64,000 nt of DNA, taken from positions 372,001 to 436,000 of the forward strand of contig CM039001.1 in assembly GCA_017499595.2 (NCBI GenBank). The letters are read 5' to 3'. The notes beneath the pieces are model-generated. The model did not search any database. It was given only the letters and a program-made list of their open reading frames with translations, and was not told where the DNA came from. A program made the translations under genes and the position numbers. Shown one piece after another: positions 1 to 13,833 of the stretch (its first letter is position 1; every line of letters begins with the position of its first letter). Origin of the DNA: Psilocybe cubensis (lineage: Eukaryota).

Positions 1-196
1 CCTGCTATCATACAGGGCACCAATCCACGAGGGTGGATTTTTCCCGATGGATGGACGGCATCTACCGAGGCGAGTTGGTCGCTCTTGACACGTTCCTCTG
101 GGCTTACTAGTATTGCAACAGAACTGTGCCCGAAGTGCACAGGCTGAACATATGATCCTTATTACTGAGACAGGCGCAGATGTTCTCACTCGGTAA
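1..196 (+). CDS. Methionine aminopeptidase type 1, C-terminal fragment (gene starts before the window)
   Basis: Exons 1-69 and 122-196 translate to PAIIQGTNPRGWIFPDGWTASTE/NCARSAQAEHMILITETGADVLTR*. This matches the MetAP1 C-terminal WT...RSAQxEH.ILIT..G..VLT motif. The intron at 70-121 is GC-AG. Confidence 0.9.
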
Positions 197-410
197 CATA
201 TCAAGCTGAGGAATGATCATACGATATTATACACATTCTAAAAATGAAACTACTTTTATATGAAAAGGCTACAAACTCCCGCAGGTAGTCAACAAAGCAC
301 AAAACAGCATGGAAAAATTTAGAAAAGAAGAAATGGAAGACGGAGAAAATGACGACATGAACAGAAAGAAAGGAGTGCGATAAATGCAGAAAATAACATG
401 AAAAAAAGTG

Positions 411-3400
411 TCATGAAGAACCACCTATCCGTTCATGGAGGAAGTTGAGTAGGACCTGTGTAAGGTCCGTCGAATTTTCACCAATAATGGTGTCACTAGC
501 TACTAGGATCGGTTTGGATTTTGTCAAGAGCGATTGAAGGTCGCCTGCCATCTCCCCTGTTATACCCCTCCGCAGTCGCTCGGCCATCGTCATAGACCTC
601 GGTCGTCGTTCCTTTCCACCGTCCGGTCGAGAAACGTCCATTCCTTGATTTTCATCCATATCAGAGTCAGCAGGTGCAGCGTCAAATCCTGGTTTGGAGA
701 GCCACATGGCAAGCTGAGTTACTGAATATAGCAAAATTTCTTCAAGATTTTGTCTGATGATAATGACTCCTTGCTTTACTTCAAGAGCAGTAGCATACGA
801 TCCTGGAAGAGCTGACGGGTCTGTGGCACCCTGTCCAGGAGGCCGCTGAACAAGGGTCCGTAAGAGATCCAGAGATCGATTGCCCAACTCAAGGAGTGTG
901 CCCAGTGACGCGGGTTCTCCTAGAACAACTTTTGAATGCTGAAGGAAGAGAGTTGGGTAAGTCATCGTCTTAAATGTGTGCTAGAAAAGATACGTACCGG
1001 AACGATCAAAGCTTCGCTGGTTGGCCAATCTTCTACTCCTCGAGAAAGAACAGAATCAGCCCGACTGATTGTGACCAGTGTTCCCACCAGATTTGTTGAT
1101 ATTTGGTACAAACGATGGATTAAGTTGGTCACGAAAGACCGTTTCGTTGGGTCTGGTTGAGATTGGGCCTTCTCGAATCGAATTCGTTCATCTTGGGTTA
1201 CTGGTTCGTACAATGTAGCAAGATGATTAGGGTGGGTGATGGCGTAATTGACTTGCTGGAGCAAATGCAAAGCTCGAGTAGTGAAAACTCGCAGAACCTT
1301 CTCTACCACAGGATCTGATTTAGCAGAGGCAGGTACACTCGTGGCGATAGCATAGAAAAGGTTGATGACTTGATCAATCTCTTCTAATAGTGGCAGGGTT
1401 ATAGGGTCCCCTATCGTCCACGAAAGTGTCCGCGAGATTTGGTCTCCATAGAGTTGAACGAATCCGCAGGCATCAGCGTCAAAGTAATGATTTGTCCTGC
1501 CAAGAGCCGATATGACAGTAGCCACAATTGAGATCATCGAGCAATAGGCAATATGCGCTGGACTCCGCTGGCCAGGCAATTCAGGCAGCACAACATCAAT
1601 CATACCGGAGCTGATGGCAGAACTAATGAAATTGTTGCTATATGCCGATAGGACACCCTCGCTGGCAAATCGCTCAGCGGCCACTCTATGCGACACCAGC
1701 GACATATGGAAGAGAAGTATATGAGGAGAGTAAAGGGGCTCTTTTCGAGATAGCAGCAGAGGAAGATCGGAAAGACCTACAAGGTCGATATGGACAAAAA
1801 GTTCCAAACTGGCCTTGATAACGTCGGTCTCCTGGCATTTTGAAAGCCAAAACACAGAAGGGGCGTCAATATCAGGGCGAGTGCACTGGTGGAATACAGC
1901 AACCAAAAGTTCCATGTCTCTATCCAAGTCAATGTCTGCCCTGCTCCGAGCAGCGATAAAGACAACGCGGAGAGATTCAATAACAAAGGACAAAATTGCT
2001 TCAACTATTTGCGAAATGGCAAGTCGTTGAGCGCTGTTCATTGTCTTGGGCCGCTTGAGCATGATTCTAGCTTGTTTGGAGCAGAAGTAGATGATCTGCA
2101 AAAGAGGTCGGTGGAATGGATTGGGCAGATTGGAGAGGAAAGATCGCGCTGGCGATTGATACTCGTTGAGGACAATTGCACGAAGATTTTCAAAAAGTTC
2201 CATGAAGGCTTTAATTTCCTCCGCCTTATCTGATGACGAGAACCAGGTGACCTCTAATAACGCCAGAATGAGGGAGAGCCTAGCACCATGGATGGATGCC
2301 ATCATATCACCACCTCTCTTCTCTCCAGCGACGTCGAAGGATATCGAAGCAGCGATAGCCAACATATGAGAGCGAACACCAGCGTCTCCTCTGAGGTAAG
2401 GAATGGTTTGTTTGAGCAACGTTACCCAAGATTCGATCAATGCAGACTCCGCATGAACGAGGGATAAATTCAGGTTGATCGATAGTAAAAGCATTTCTGC
2501 TTTATCTCCTGGTTCATCCATAGATACCTCTACAGGATAAGCTTGCAGCCGAGTCCTCAGAAGGTCCAACGAGAATGCAAAATTGTCTCCATAATCTCTC
2601 TCCGCCACGGGTTCCTGAACCTCCAATTGCTCCAGTGTCAATCCAACGAAGCGGTCTGTCAGTAGTTCAGTCAACTGGTCATGCAACTCCGGAGCATATG
2701 AGCTGGGGGCGGCCTCAGACAAAATATCTGTCAGACGGTCCTGATCCTTTAGGCAAGTCTCCAGTTGAATGTAACTTTCTGGTTTTTTGCGCGGAACATC
2801 AGACCCGTGCAACTGTAAGTGTAGGCCAATATCACGAGTGATGATGTTCGTCGCATGCGACTTGGCCAACGTTCGGTATGCGTGCATTTGTACAGCCTCG
2901 TGAAGACTTGACCGAGGAATACCTTCTAAAATCACCATTTCCGTTGTTTCGTAGGTCGGAACGGGCCCAACTTCCTCGCAAGCGATGGCGACAAGGAGCT
3001 CCCAGAACGATTTATCAGTTCGAAGTGGTTCGACAGCGGCTTTGTGCTCCAGGGCATGCTGCCATACCGTATCCAAAAACCGCAAGACGCATGAAAGAAG
3101 CATAGCATTTGTATCCCAAAGCTCTTTCCAGGTCACTAGAGTCTCTCGAGCAGAATCAAGAGCTGTGACAGCCCTCCAGATCGCATCCAACTTCTTCTCC
3201 TTCCCATTTTCTTTTGCTTCTTCACTTTCCTTCTCCTTTCCCTTTCCTTTGTCCCCTCCGTTTCCCAATGTCTCTTTCTCCTTACCCTCTTTAAACTCTC
3301 CAGGCGTCCGCGACTTCCCAGAAACAAAGAGAGTAGCTAAAGCTGGCTCCTTATCCACAGCCAATGTGATGAAATTCCAAACAGTCTTCCGAAGTGCCAA

Positions 3401-6400
3401 TTCATCATACGGGTGTTCTGTGATACGAACGAGTGTGGTGACGATGGCCTCGGGATTCGAAAGATGTCCAATGATAGTCGGTGGAGAGGTATACGAAAGC
3501 GAAAGCGATGTAATGAGTCCACAGAGAACCTTAGCCGACTCCAACGGCACCGTGCTACCCTCTTCCTTTTCTCTCAAATAGTTTGCTAGCACATCGATGG
3601 GGTCGTTTCGGTTGTTTGTCGCGTCGAACGACGGTGGACCGCCATTAACACGCGCGCATAGCGCCTGCTCCAGCAGGCACGGTCGAGATGCCATGCTCGA
3701 CCTGATTTTGTGAGTCAAAATCAATCTGCAAAGACGCAAGCTTTCCTGTAGTAGGAATAACAGCCTGCGGATGTCAGCATGCCGCCGTGAGCCGTACAGC
3801 ATCCGCAGAACCTGCGCACTAGACGAAATCGAAGAGATGATCGGGTTGATGGTTGACGTGGTTGCTTTGAACAAGAGAATGTCGCCAATTGACTGACTGA
3901 GGACAGAGAATGGGCGCTCGGCCAACGTCGGCGAGGAATGATCGAGCACGAGGTTGTACAACGCGACAACCTGGCTCCCAATCTCAAATCTATCACCAAG
4001 CTGGGCATATTTCCAACTCATGTGCTCCACCCAAATTTCAGTATGGACGAATCGAGCAGCACGTAGCAGCACCTCCTCTTTCAACTGCTGTAACTTTGCG
4101 TTCTCTGGCAATATTGAGATCACAGCCTCTCGGAACAGCTGTCCCACGAGGTTAAGTAGTGCCAGTGTCATTGTATATATGCCTGTGGCACGCTCGACAG
4201 ACAGCGCAACTGAGGCAAATCCAGGCGATCTGTCCGTCCCAAAGAGATTAGTGGTCGAACGAATATACAACCAGACACGATTTGAATAATTCGGGATGGC
4301 GAGGAGAGCTGACAGGACACTCAAAGCCGATGTGATGAGTTTGGCGGGGACTCCTGACCTAGTTCGAGAATTCGAGCGCGACAATGCCTCTTCTAGTATC
4401 ATGGTCGTCAATTGAACCATACCGGGAGGTTGTGCTTCCGTTGTAGTATGACTGACCACGGCCTCACCCTCTTCAAGTGCCTGCATGAGTGTTTCGGCCT
4501 GTGCAGGATTCCCCCTAATGAGACTGCGCACAAGATCAAGGATGTCCGTGATAGTGGAGTCGTCTCCCTCGGAGTCCATCTCCATCCCAATATCTTGCAT
4601 CTTCAGCGTCTTCGGTTGCGACGCCCCTCGACGAGCAAATGAGACATCCTGATAACCCCCTGCTGATCCGAAATCCATTCGCCTCCGATTGACATAGTCC
4701 GTCAGGATTTCCAGAATGACTTTCCAACCTGAGTGCTGGTGTTGCCACCGAATAACAACATGGTCGGCGCCATCTCCGTTGAGTACGAGGCCCGTTGACC
4801 TAGCGGGAAGAATAGATCCTCCAGGAAGTCGAATGGGGCGCAAGTTAGTGTAGTTGACACCTGGGTTTGCACTACTTTGACCATACCGCTCCGTTTGACG
4901 CTCGTACAGTGCATGTGCTCCTGTGCATTGACTTAATGGGACAACTTGCGAATACGAGGATAAGCTGCCTAGGTAGTAGTATACGAAGCGCGCACAGGTT
5001 GTACGTTCTTCTCCAATAACCTTATCGGGGTTGTAATCGGAAGTGTACAGGGGATCTGTGTCAAGGAAGCCTGATCCAGTCATTGCACGAAGTAGTCGTA
5101 TGAGGGGTTTGACTTGAATCGGGAAGCGTGATCTTGCTACATCGAAGATAGCTCGACGAGCTATGCCATGATTCCAGTCATTTCTCCAGAATTGTTGGCA
5201 AATTTCCGCCACAGATGCACTTTCACTCCGACCGTAGAGGGAAATCCAAACATCCACAAGGTCGTCAAAATTTGGAATATTTTCCACGGGTACGAGTTCG
5301 GCAAGAGCTGTAATTAAGCCTAAATGATATTTATCAGCAATGAAACTTGTAGAGTTATATGTGGACAACAAACCTTTCAAAACAGACCGGTATGCAATGG
5401 CGTTAGGATCTGTGACAGAGGAACCTGTCTTCCAAGCTACGGACGTGACGAATAGAGGGGATTTGGTGAGAAGACTTTTCAGAAGGCCAAGCAATCCAAC
5501 TTCTGGTTGTACACATGTTTTTGACATGGTGACCCATGTTCGTTCCCAGTCTTTGACATAAGTTCGACCGGTATGCATCGGGGGGTTAATTTCAGCCAGT
5601 AACGCTCGCCATGGTTCTGGGATGTTGATTATTCGAAAAGCCGCTTCTTCGATACGCGCAAGTGCATATGTCCAAGCTAGATATGTACATGAGTATCGAC
5701 TGTCGGTGTTGGATGAAACAATGTTATGGAGTCGCTTGACGCTATCGATAGACGTCCAATAGACATCTGTTCTGGTCGGTTTTTCTGAAAGCTCAATGAC
5801 TGGTTCGTCGCCACCTATCATTTCCAACTCCAGGATTTCGATGGTGATTAAAATCCACATGGCAGCACAATCGTCTTGAAGCTGTCGGCTTTCTTCATCG
5901 AGTAGAAGCGTGCTGTTTGATTGCTCCGATCCCAGTGTCGTACCGTATGCAGCTTCAAATATGGACACCACCAACGGACCACTACACGACACATACGCCC
6001 ACATCGTCCAGAAAAGAACCTCCAACAGCACAAGTTGCTCCCTCAGATTCTGCTTCGCCCATGCTGTTGCACTCCTTGGCTCCTGGTTAAACTGTTCTGG
6101 CAGCTCTGCTTTCGTCTTCTCCAGATATTGCGCGACGAGTGACAGGGCAAATTTAGGACCGTCTTGAACGACCTTTGGCAGAAAGTACACGGCCACTTCG
6201 TGCAATGCATCATTTTCATTTTCTTTCGCGCGGAACAAGGGAATGAGCGTCCGGAGAAGATGGATACGTTCTGCGTGGTAAAATGGACCGATGGCTTCGA
6301 CAAGTTGCTCGATCATTTGGTCTTCCGAGTCGTCATCGGAGGCAGGCATTCCCTCGTTATAGACGTACGACCGGAGCATTATGAGTGCTTGAATTTCGTC

Positions 6401-6746
6401 AATGTTGAATTTAGAACTGATTGCATACACAAATCTCTTGTCTGCATTTTCAACGCGTAGAACAACGCCATCCGGCAAAGTGACCGAGCCGCTGTCCACA
6501 GCCTTCTTGGATTCGGCAGAAGGTTTTCCGAATGGATCCTTAACATTAGAAAACTGCAGGTGACGAGGCTTCAGGTATTCTTTAAGTTTTGCAGGGCGAT
6601 GAGCATCCTGGTTGGTGGTAAGGTACTGATGAAGCTGTATGTAGGATCTGCAATGAAACAATGTCATTACCGAACGAGTAAAAAGATACTAAAAGGGAGA
6701 CATACACATCGATCAAGTCTGAGCGCGGGTAGTTGTCGCCAGACAT
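411..6746 (-). CDS. NUP188: Nucleoporin Nup188-like large alpha-solenoid protein (~2050 aa)
   Basis: ATG at 6746 (MSGDNYPRSDLIDV), then a GTATGT intron, then the 1901-aa ORF (with an in-frame intron near 5320-5375) spliced to the 411-940 exon (HSKVVLGEPASLGTLLELG...). Size, helical composition and N-terminal motifs resemble basidiomycete Nup188; recognised from memory, not searched. Confidence 0.75.
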
Positions 6747-7693
6747 GATACCAAAGGAGATACAGCAACGACGTAGGCGTTGTCGTGAACAACCTTGAGA
6801 CCTCTTACAAGCAGTCGAACGAACGCGACTACGACCTTGCCATGTACTCGCACGTGACTCGTTTTGATTATGAAATGTTTTTCCACGCACACAAAACTGC
6901 TTCCTCACAGCTTTTTGAAATGGAGGTTGAACGCTGACTACTAGGACTGCTTGAATCTTACATTCAACCATCTACCTCTCCTTCATATGCAATTCACTGT
7001 GTTTTCAACCCTTCATCAAAAACTTAAGTGAACAGGTTTATATTCGATCACGTCATTTTATTTCCACTCGAAATCAATGGAAATCAGTCTATGTCATGTG
7101 TACGCAAATACCAATTATCCCAGCTTGTTGATGTGGTATCTTAAGCCTTGCATTGTGACTTTCCTCTCTTAGTAACAAAAGTTTTGTCAACATACTAGGA
7201 TACTATGAGACATATCTGGCACAACGTGGGCAATTATTCTATTATGATTGACGTCCATGTCTGCAGAAAGGAGTTTGCTAAATCACATAGTGACGATGGT
7301 ACAACTCAGTCCTCAATATGAATCGCTGAAGGACCAATACCAGAGTACCCAGAATGTAGTTCGACTTCCTTATTAAATTCGAATCAAAGCACTGTGTAAG
7401 ATAGACGCCTCCTAGGTATATATCCTACGCATAGAACATTCCCCCATGCACCGGTCGTGAGTGCTGTGCTATTCAGGGGGCAGTGTCAAATGTCAAGCGC
7501 TGAATGAACGCTACATCTTCCAAATGAGATGGATCAACAACTTATGCCGAGTCCCCAACTCAACTAATATCCACATTTCAGAAGGCATTATAGTTGTCAG
7601 GCATCGCTTTTCTAAATTCCTTTAATTATCAAAGTCCACAGGCCCGTAATCATCTGTTGTTCGTCCCGTTGAGTATCTCGAAAGACTGGTAAA

Positions 7694-9223
7694 ATGCCAG
7701 TGACATTCGACGTCGCTCCTCACCACGCCAGACCAATTTTCGACCCTCACCGTCGCCTGAAATACCCTCAAGATCTCCTCATTGCCCATATATCCCGGAT
7801 CGGTAAATTGGCGCCTAGCTCCAGTTCCAATACCGAGCAACAACCCAAAGTGATATGCATGCAAAGTTCATTCAGTGACGGCTGTTTCACTCAAGACATT
7901 CGATGTGAAAGAAATGGCTTCGTGCAAGCGGTCACCCATGCCTACAACAGACATCATAATCTGGTCATAAGGTGCGTTCGACTCCTTAGTAAACACACAT
8001 AACTGCGTAATGACACACTGCCTTTTGACCAGACCTGACGACGTTTGGGTGGCCATCCTATCGCAATTTAGCCTGTAGTAAGTACGAATGCTCAACGTAC
8101 GCTTCATTGTCACACTAACAACGATAATTCATTGTTAGTGTGAACAAAAATAGTGAAAACCTCCGTTCCCAATTCGTGGACCGCAAAGGGAAAAAAAAGC
8201 TCATTGTCCAAATGCCTGGGACGCGACACACATCCGATTTCGGCAACTTAGCCACACAAATGACTGAGTTAATAAGCCAGAATGTTTGTCTACCGCCAGC
8301 GTTGCAACGATTGTTGATTGTTGATTCCATAACTAGATCGTCAACACCAAGTTAAAATCATGGATACTCCCTGGGTTTACTACAACAACACCGCATGACA
8401 TCGTGGTCTGTTCCGTGCTGATGATGGCTACCATGAAGAGGTACACAATAGCCTATATACTTAAAAAGTAACTCACCAAAACCATTTGCCAACTATCAGT
8501 TATTTTGACTATGAAATGTCGCTGTGTGGGCTTCCATCAGTCACCCTAGAAGGAGAAAAGTCGGATTGGGAAAAGCTATACGCCAAACTAGACTTATTGG
8601 AAACATTCGGCAAAGAACCCGAAAATTGGGTCAAGCTACTACGGCCTGTGTTCAAAAGGTTTGTACAAGCTTTTGACGGAAAACCCGATATCGACTTCTG
8701 GAATAAAGTCAGTCACCACTACTCCCTTGGATCCGGAACGCGGTGGTTATCAGGATGGATAACGGCGTTCTGCGTATGGGATAGCCAAGGGAACTGGCAG
8801 GCCAAGTCCGAACGAGTACCTGTTGACAATTTTGGCAAAAAAATGTATCATCCTTGCCTTGAGGTTGATGGCATCCGCTATCCGTCAATCGACAGTGTAG
8901 ATATCCCGATGGGATTTTGCCAGGTCGACATTCGGGTTATTGATGGTGAAGGCACAACAGATTGTGTGATGGTATCTGGACATATGGCCAACGTTGTTGA
9001 AGGCGATGACAAGGACACTTTGCGCCCTTTACCCTCTTGGTTCATGTACAAAAACCCTGAATCGAAAACAAGGAAGGTAGAGGAGATGTCAATAGCTGAA
9101 GAAGAAAAGATGGAAGATACTATACCTGACCCAAAGGTGCAGAAAACGTTATATACCACCATCTGTAAGCTTGCGGTCTTACTACGCAACCTATTCTGTT
9201 GTATATATACAGTGCGTAATTAA
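7694..9223 (+). CDS. DUF4419 domain-containing protein
   Basis: Spliced ORF fragments give MPVTF..., NGFVQAVTHAYNRHHNLVIR/PDDVWVAILSQFS, FTTTTPHD and CGLPSVTLEGEKSDWEKL...GSGTRWLSGWITAFCVW, which are characteristic DUF4419 motifs. Confidence 0.85.
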
Positions 9224-9536
9224 GAAACATATCGTTTTCTTAATCGCTTCTTTTACCTTAACGGTTTTGGTACCTGTTAACTCCTGTGCTTGGACTGACA
9301 GCAGGGGTATAACATCGCAATTATTGTGATTCAATATTCTAGATGTTTCGCTCGGCTGGTAGTACAGTGGGAATAGGATATCTTGTATTATTTCAATTTG
9401 ACGATTTGAAGGGGAAAGATAACAATTGAAGCAAAGCTTGACCAACGCACGAATGATTAAAAGAACCAGATACATCCCCCTGCCTGATATTCCGAGTCTT
9501 CGCGATAAAGCAAAACATCGCATTCTAGTGCTTGCT

Positions 9537-10028
9537 TCATCTCCCTCCACGAAGCGCAAGAACCAAGTGCAGAACAGAGCCAGCGGTGATGTTAAACTCT
9601 TTCGCTGTCTTGTCGTCGTTCCTGCGATGTGTGTGGCACAGCGTTCAGTAGGTACTATTGGATAGAAATACTCAAATTAAACGCACATCTGACGACCGCC
9701 GAAAATAAGGCGTTGCTGAGGCGGTGGAACGCCAGATTGTTCCTCAACTTTCTCCTTTATTCTGGTGATCTTCGAAAGGAAAGTTTTCGTTCAGTGAAAT
9801 GGTGTGAAATATGTTGAATGGGATGCTAACCTTATCATCAGGGTCGATGTCGAGTTCGATCTATATCGGAATCCAATGAATTCGGTCAGTATTTGCCTCT
9901 TATATGACGAGATCAAGCGCGATCTGAGGGAACAGAGTTACCTCTTTGCCTGTCAGGGTCTGACGAACGCGATTAGTCAACGAACAAGACTTGACTAGAT
10001 TGCGACACACCTTAACTTTGATCAACAT
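9537..10028 (-). CDS. NEDD8: Ubiquitin-like protein NEDD8/Rub1 (77 aa, 5 exons)
   Basis: Exons 10028-10011, 9959-9942, 9860-9831, 9769-9687 and 9621-9537, all with GT-AG introns, give [77 protein letters not shown]. The C-terminal LALRGG is the NEDD8 signature (ubiquitin has LRLRGG). Confidence 0.97.
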
Positions 10029-11303
10029 ATTGATATACCTCTATTGGCCTGATCAAGTCTTAATAGTTGTAATGAGGCGACAGAGCTATAAAGTATTAAG
10101 CAATGTGGCCCGATGAAAGAAAGATTGAAGAATGAAAGATCTCGGTTAAGACCTGTAGTGACTCCTGGCTAAATCTAATTAGAGTCACATGACCCTGATC
10201 TTTTCTCGCGACCGAGTTTGTTGACTCGTCACTTCTCAAAGTGTTATTTCAACCTGGCCATTTCCTCTTCTCGTGCGATCCGGTCTTGCGAATAGTCATG
10301 TACTAGTTCTTTTTTCAAGAAAATTTGAAAGTCATAGGATCCCGGAGCCATGAATGCCTTGGAGTCGATGTCACAACGGTTTCGATGGTGGAGCTTGCTG
10401 GAGTTAAATTTCGCAAGTTTGTTTACACTTCGATCAGTTCACACGAGTCTCATTGATACAGATTGCTTTGTACCTGCTCATTGTAGCCAAGGTTTTTCTT
10501 CGAATGTTGCTTGAAATAACGAGTCGGGACTGATCAGTCGTCCCTACATCCCCTCTGCAACAACACCAGGCTCCTGACAATTGAGCATGGCCATCGCCGA
10601 AGCACATTCATTCCAGAACCACTTTTCTGGCATATTGATTGGATGTTTCCTTCCAACAACAGTCGATATCCAAGTAATCTAGCCAACTGGCTGCACTGTA
10701 AATGTTACATTGTGCTGTCTATGATGAATCTGCAAATCAATATCATAGCAATTCGTCTATCTTCATCATTACGCGGATCATCATACCACCTCAAGGAAAA
10801 CTACATAACGGTTATCATCTTTTGGGTATTATGATGATTACTTTTTTGAATCTTGCAGGTTTTTTTCGCGTTAACAAATGCGGCAATCAACACACCCCGG
10901 CACAAAAGTGAATAAAAAATTCCCATAGGCGCGCTTCAGCATCCATTGCACATGGATGTTTGTACATTCTATTGTAAATACGACTTCTTTTCGACCGATG
11001 ATGTTCCGGATTCATGGCCGAGAGTATACTGACTCCACCAATTTGTATTCGTTGGATTCTCGAGAGAATCGCAGGTAAAACCCTTCGCTAATTCAAAACC
11101 AGGTAAGAAGACGACCTTTGGAAACTATTTTTGTAGATTATTGTTTGACGAGTATATTTATAGGGTGAAGACGATCAACAACGGATGTCAGTGAATCATT
11201 AAGTCTGGAGTCTAAAAAATCCCGTTGCAGACCAACGTCTCAGTGCGAAACGTAGAGTGTTCAGTGCGAATATATGTGCTGCTACCATGATACCACGGGA
11301 TCA

Positions 11304-11336
11304 ATTACCCCAGATTACCCCAGCAGACCTGCGGAG
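11304..11336. promoter_or_regulatory. Cluster of putative CreA/Cre1/Mig1 (SYGGRG) carbon-catabolite repression sites
   Basis: A perfect tandem duplication ATTACCCCAG ATTACCCCAG gives CTGGGG twice on the - strand, followed by GCGGAG. The cluster lies about 165-195 bp upstream of the sugar porter ATG. Confidence 0.45.
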
Positions 11337-11499
11337 AGAGAGCGCCGAGTCTACCTCCATCGAGCACATTCCTATCGGGATTTTGGTGGAAGATAATTCT
11401 TGACCTACGCTTGTATCGTTTAAAACCTAATGCTTTCGAAAGATGTCGACTGGGTGTCCCTCGACCATTCTATCCGCCCACTCCTAGGTCAAAGTCACG

Positions 11500-13719
11500 A
11501 TGGCTCAACCCGAATCCAATGAACGCACGAAGGAAAGGACTGTAGCTACGACGCCTGCGCAGCTGGTTTCCCAACTCGCCGCATTGGACGTTACGCCATG
11601 GTACAAGAAACCAAATCTCAGAATGTTGTACTTGATCATCTTCCCAACTTGTATTGGAGTGGAAATGACTAGCGGGTAAGAGACTTTCCTCTTGATACGT
11701 TTGACTGTTTGCCTGAAAGACTATGATTTGTAGTTTTGACTCATCTATGATGAACGGCTTACAAGCTGTCGACTCATGGGATAACTGTGAGTGGCTTGCT
11801 GAGTCTTTCGTATAACATCTTTTGATGGGTTGGTAGTCTACAACTCACCTAGGTCTACCCTTTTGGGTGTCATGTCAGCAATGTACTCCGCTGGAGCGAT
11901 TGTTGCGCTACCTCTTGTGCCTATAGTATCGGATGGATTCGGTCGCCGTTGGGCAATTACAGTTGGAAGTATTATCATGATTATCGGCGCCATTCTTCAG
12001 ACAGCCTCACAAAATTGTAATCCTGAATCAATCTCACTACCTCGTTATCGTGCCGCTGACTGTTTCTAACAGTCGCTATGTTCGTCATTTCACGGTTTAT
12101 TCTGGGGATTGGCATCCCTTTCGCTATTGTTGGGGCCTCTTCCTTGATTGGAGGTTTGTACCTCTTACATCAGGGTTTCGTAGCTGATGATTCTCGACTT
12201 AGAGCTCGGACATCCCAAGGAGCGTGCCGTTCTTGGGTCTCTTTTCAATGCCTTCTACTTTGTCGGCAAGTTCTTATCTCCACAGTTATTAGTTCGGAGG
12301 CTGATCTCTCTGAAGGCTCAATCACTGCTGCTGGTGTCACGCTCGGCACATTTCAGATGCCCAGTAACTGGGGATGGAGAATACCCTCCCTTCTGCAAGT
12401 TGTACCCAGCTGCTTGCAAATATTCTTCATGTTCTTCATGCCTGAATCCCCACGTTGGCTCGTCTCAAAGGGCCGCGGTGACGAGGCAATGGCAATCTTG
12501 GTGAAATATCATGCTGAAGGAGACGCCAACTCCGAGTTTGTGAAAGCCGAATATGTCCAGATCGAGACCACCTTGGAACTTGAGAGAGAAGAATCTCACG
12601 TTGGCTGGCTGGACATGTTAAAGACTGCAGGAATGAGACGCCGTGTACTTATTGGAGCGTTCCTTGGTCTCGCTACACAATGGAGCGGTAATGGTCTGAC
12701 ATCGTGAGTACTAATACTTCTACATGTCATTATACTCGACTTACAGTTAAAAAGGTATTTTCTTGCCCGAATTTTGGATACCGTCGGAATTCATGGAAAC
12801 GGCGCTAAAAACAAGGTTAACCTTGCTCTTTCCTGCTGGAGCTTTGTGAATGCCACAATCTTAGCTCTAACTATGTCTCGATTCAAAAGAAGAGTGGTAT
12901 ACCTGGTATGTTTAATCAGATGCTCCCTAACGCGCATGAATAACCAGATGTTGTTTGCAGACATGCACTATTTCTTTGCTGCTTTGCTTTACTGGGTGGA
13001 CAGTCGCAAGTGCACGATACGCTGCAGATGGAAGCCAGGGTGCTTCTCGGGCCGTTCTTGCGTACGCTCTCTCATGTTTGTGGAATTGGGTATCTACAAA
13101 TGCTAATTCATCTGGTCGCAGCTTTATATTTATTTATAGTCCATGCTATAATATCGCCTTCAATGCTATGACATATAGTAAGTTTTTTTACAATGTCAAC
13201 TTAAGCTACATCAGCATTGACGCCATACCCGTCCAGCCTTCCTTGTAGAGGTCTTTCCTTTCCATATCCGTTCCAAAGGTATATCCGTCTTCCAATGGTT
13301 CGGTCGCATGGCCGGGTTTTTCAATCAATTCGTCAATCCCATTGGAATACAACGAGCCGGTATGTTATATGTGAATAGCAGACGCTTGACATGTAAACTG
13401 ACCTCCTCTACAGGCTGGAAATACTACATCAGGTACATAAATACCATTACTTGACCACTCTGAACGTCGCTAAACAGGTTCTACGATAGTTATTGCATTT
13501 TCCTGGCTTTCGAAGTTCTTTTCGTGTTTTTCCTGTTTCCAGAGACCTCTGGTCGTAGCTTGGAAGAGCTCGCCTTCTGTAAGTACTGAAATTCCTTTGA
13601 ACCAAATATGTGCCTGACTATCAATTGAAGTGTACGAAGATGATGAGCTCCGCAAGCAAGAAGAACGAGTGGAAAAAGAGATTCGACAAGAAAATAAGGA
13701 TAACCTCTCCAAGGAGTAA
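11500..13719 (+). CDS. MFS sugar porter, lactose permease / cellodextrin transporter-like
   Basis: Multi-exon gene: PWYKKPNLRMLY...GFDSSMMNGLQ, SDGFGRR, ELGHPKERA, WGWRIPSLLQ, PESPRWL, TQWSGNGL, EVFPFHIRSKG, FPETSGRSLEEL. These are sugar-porter signatures of the Lac12/CDT-type clade. Confidence 0.92.
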
Positions 13720-13833
13720 ATGAGTATTATCACGAATGAACTACGACTACAATGACCTACTGTATCACTATCTTCCTTTCCCACGAACCTTTGTCACGCT
13801 TTCGGAATTTATTCAATTTATCCAACTTAACCC

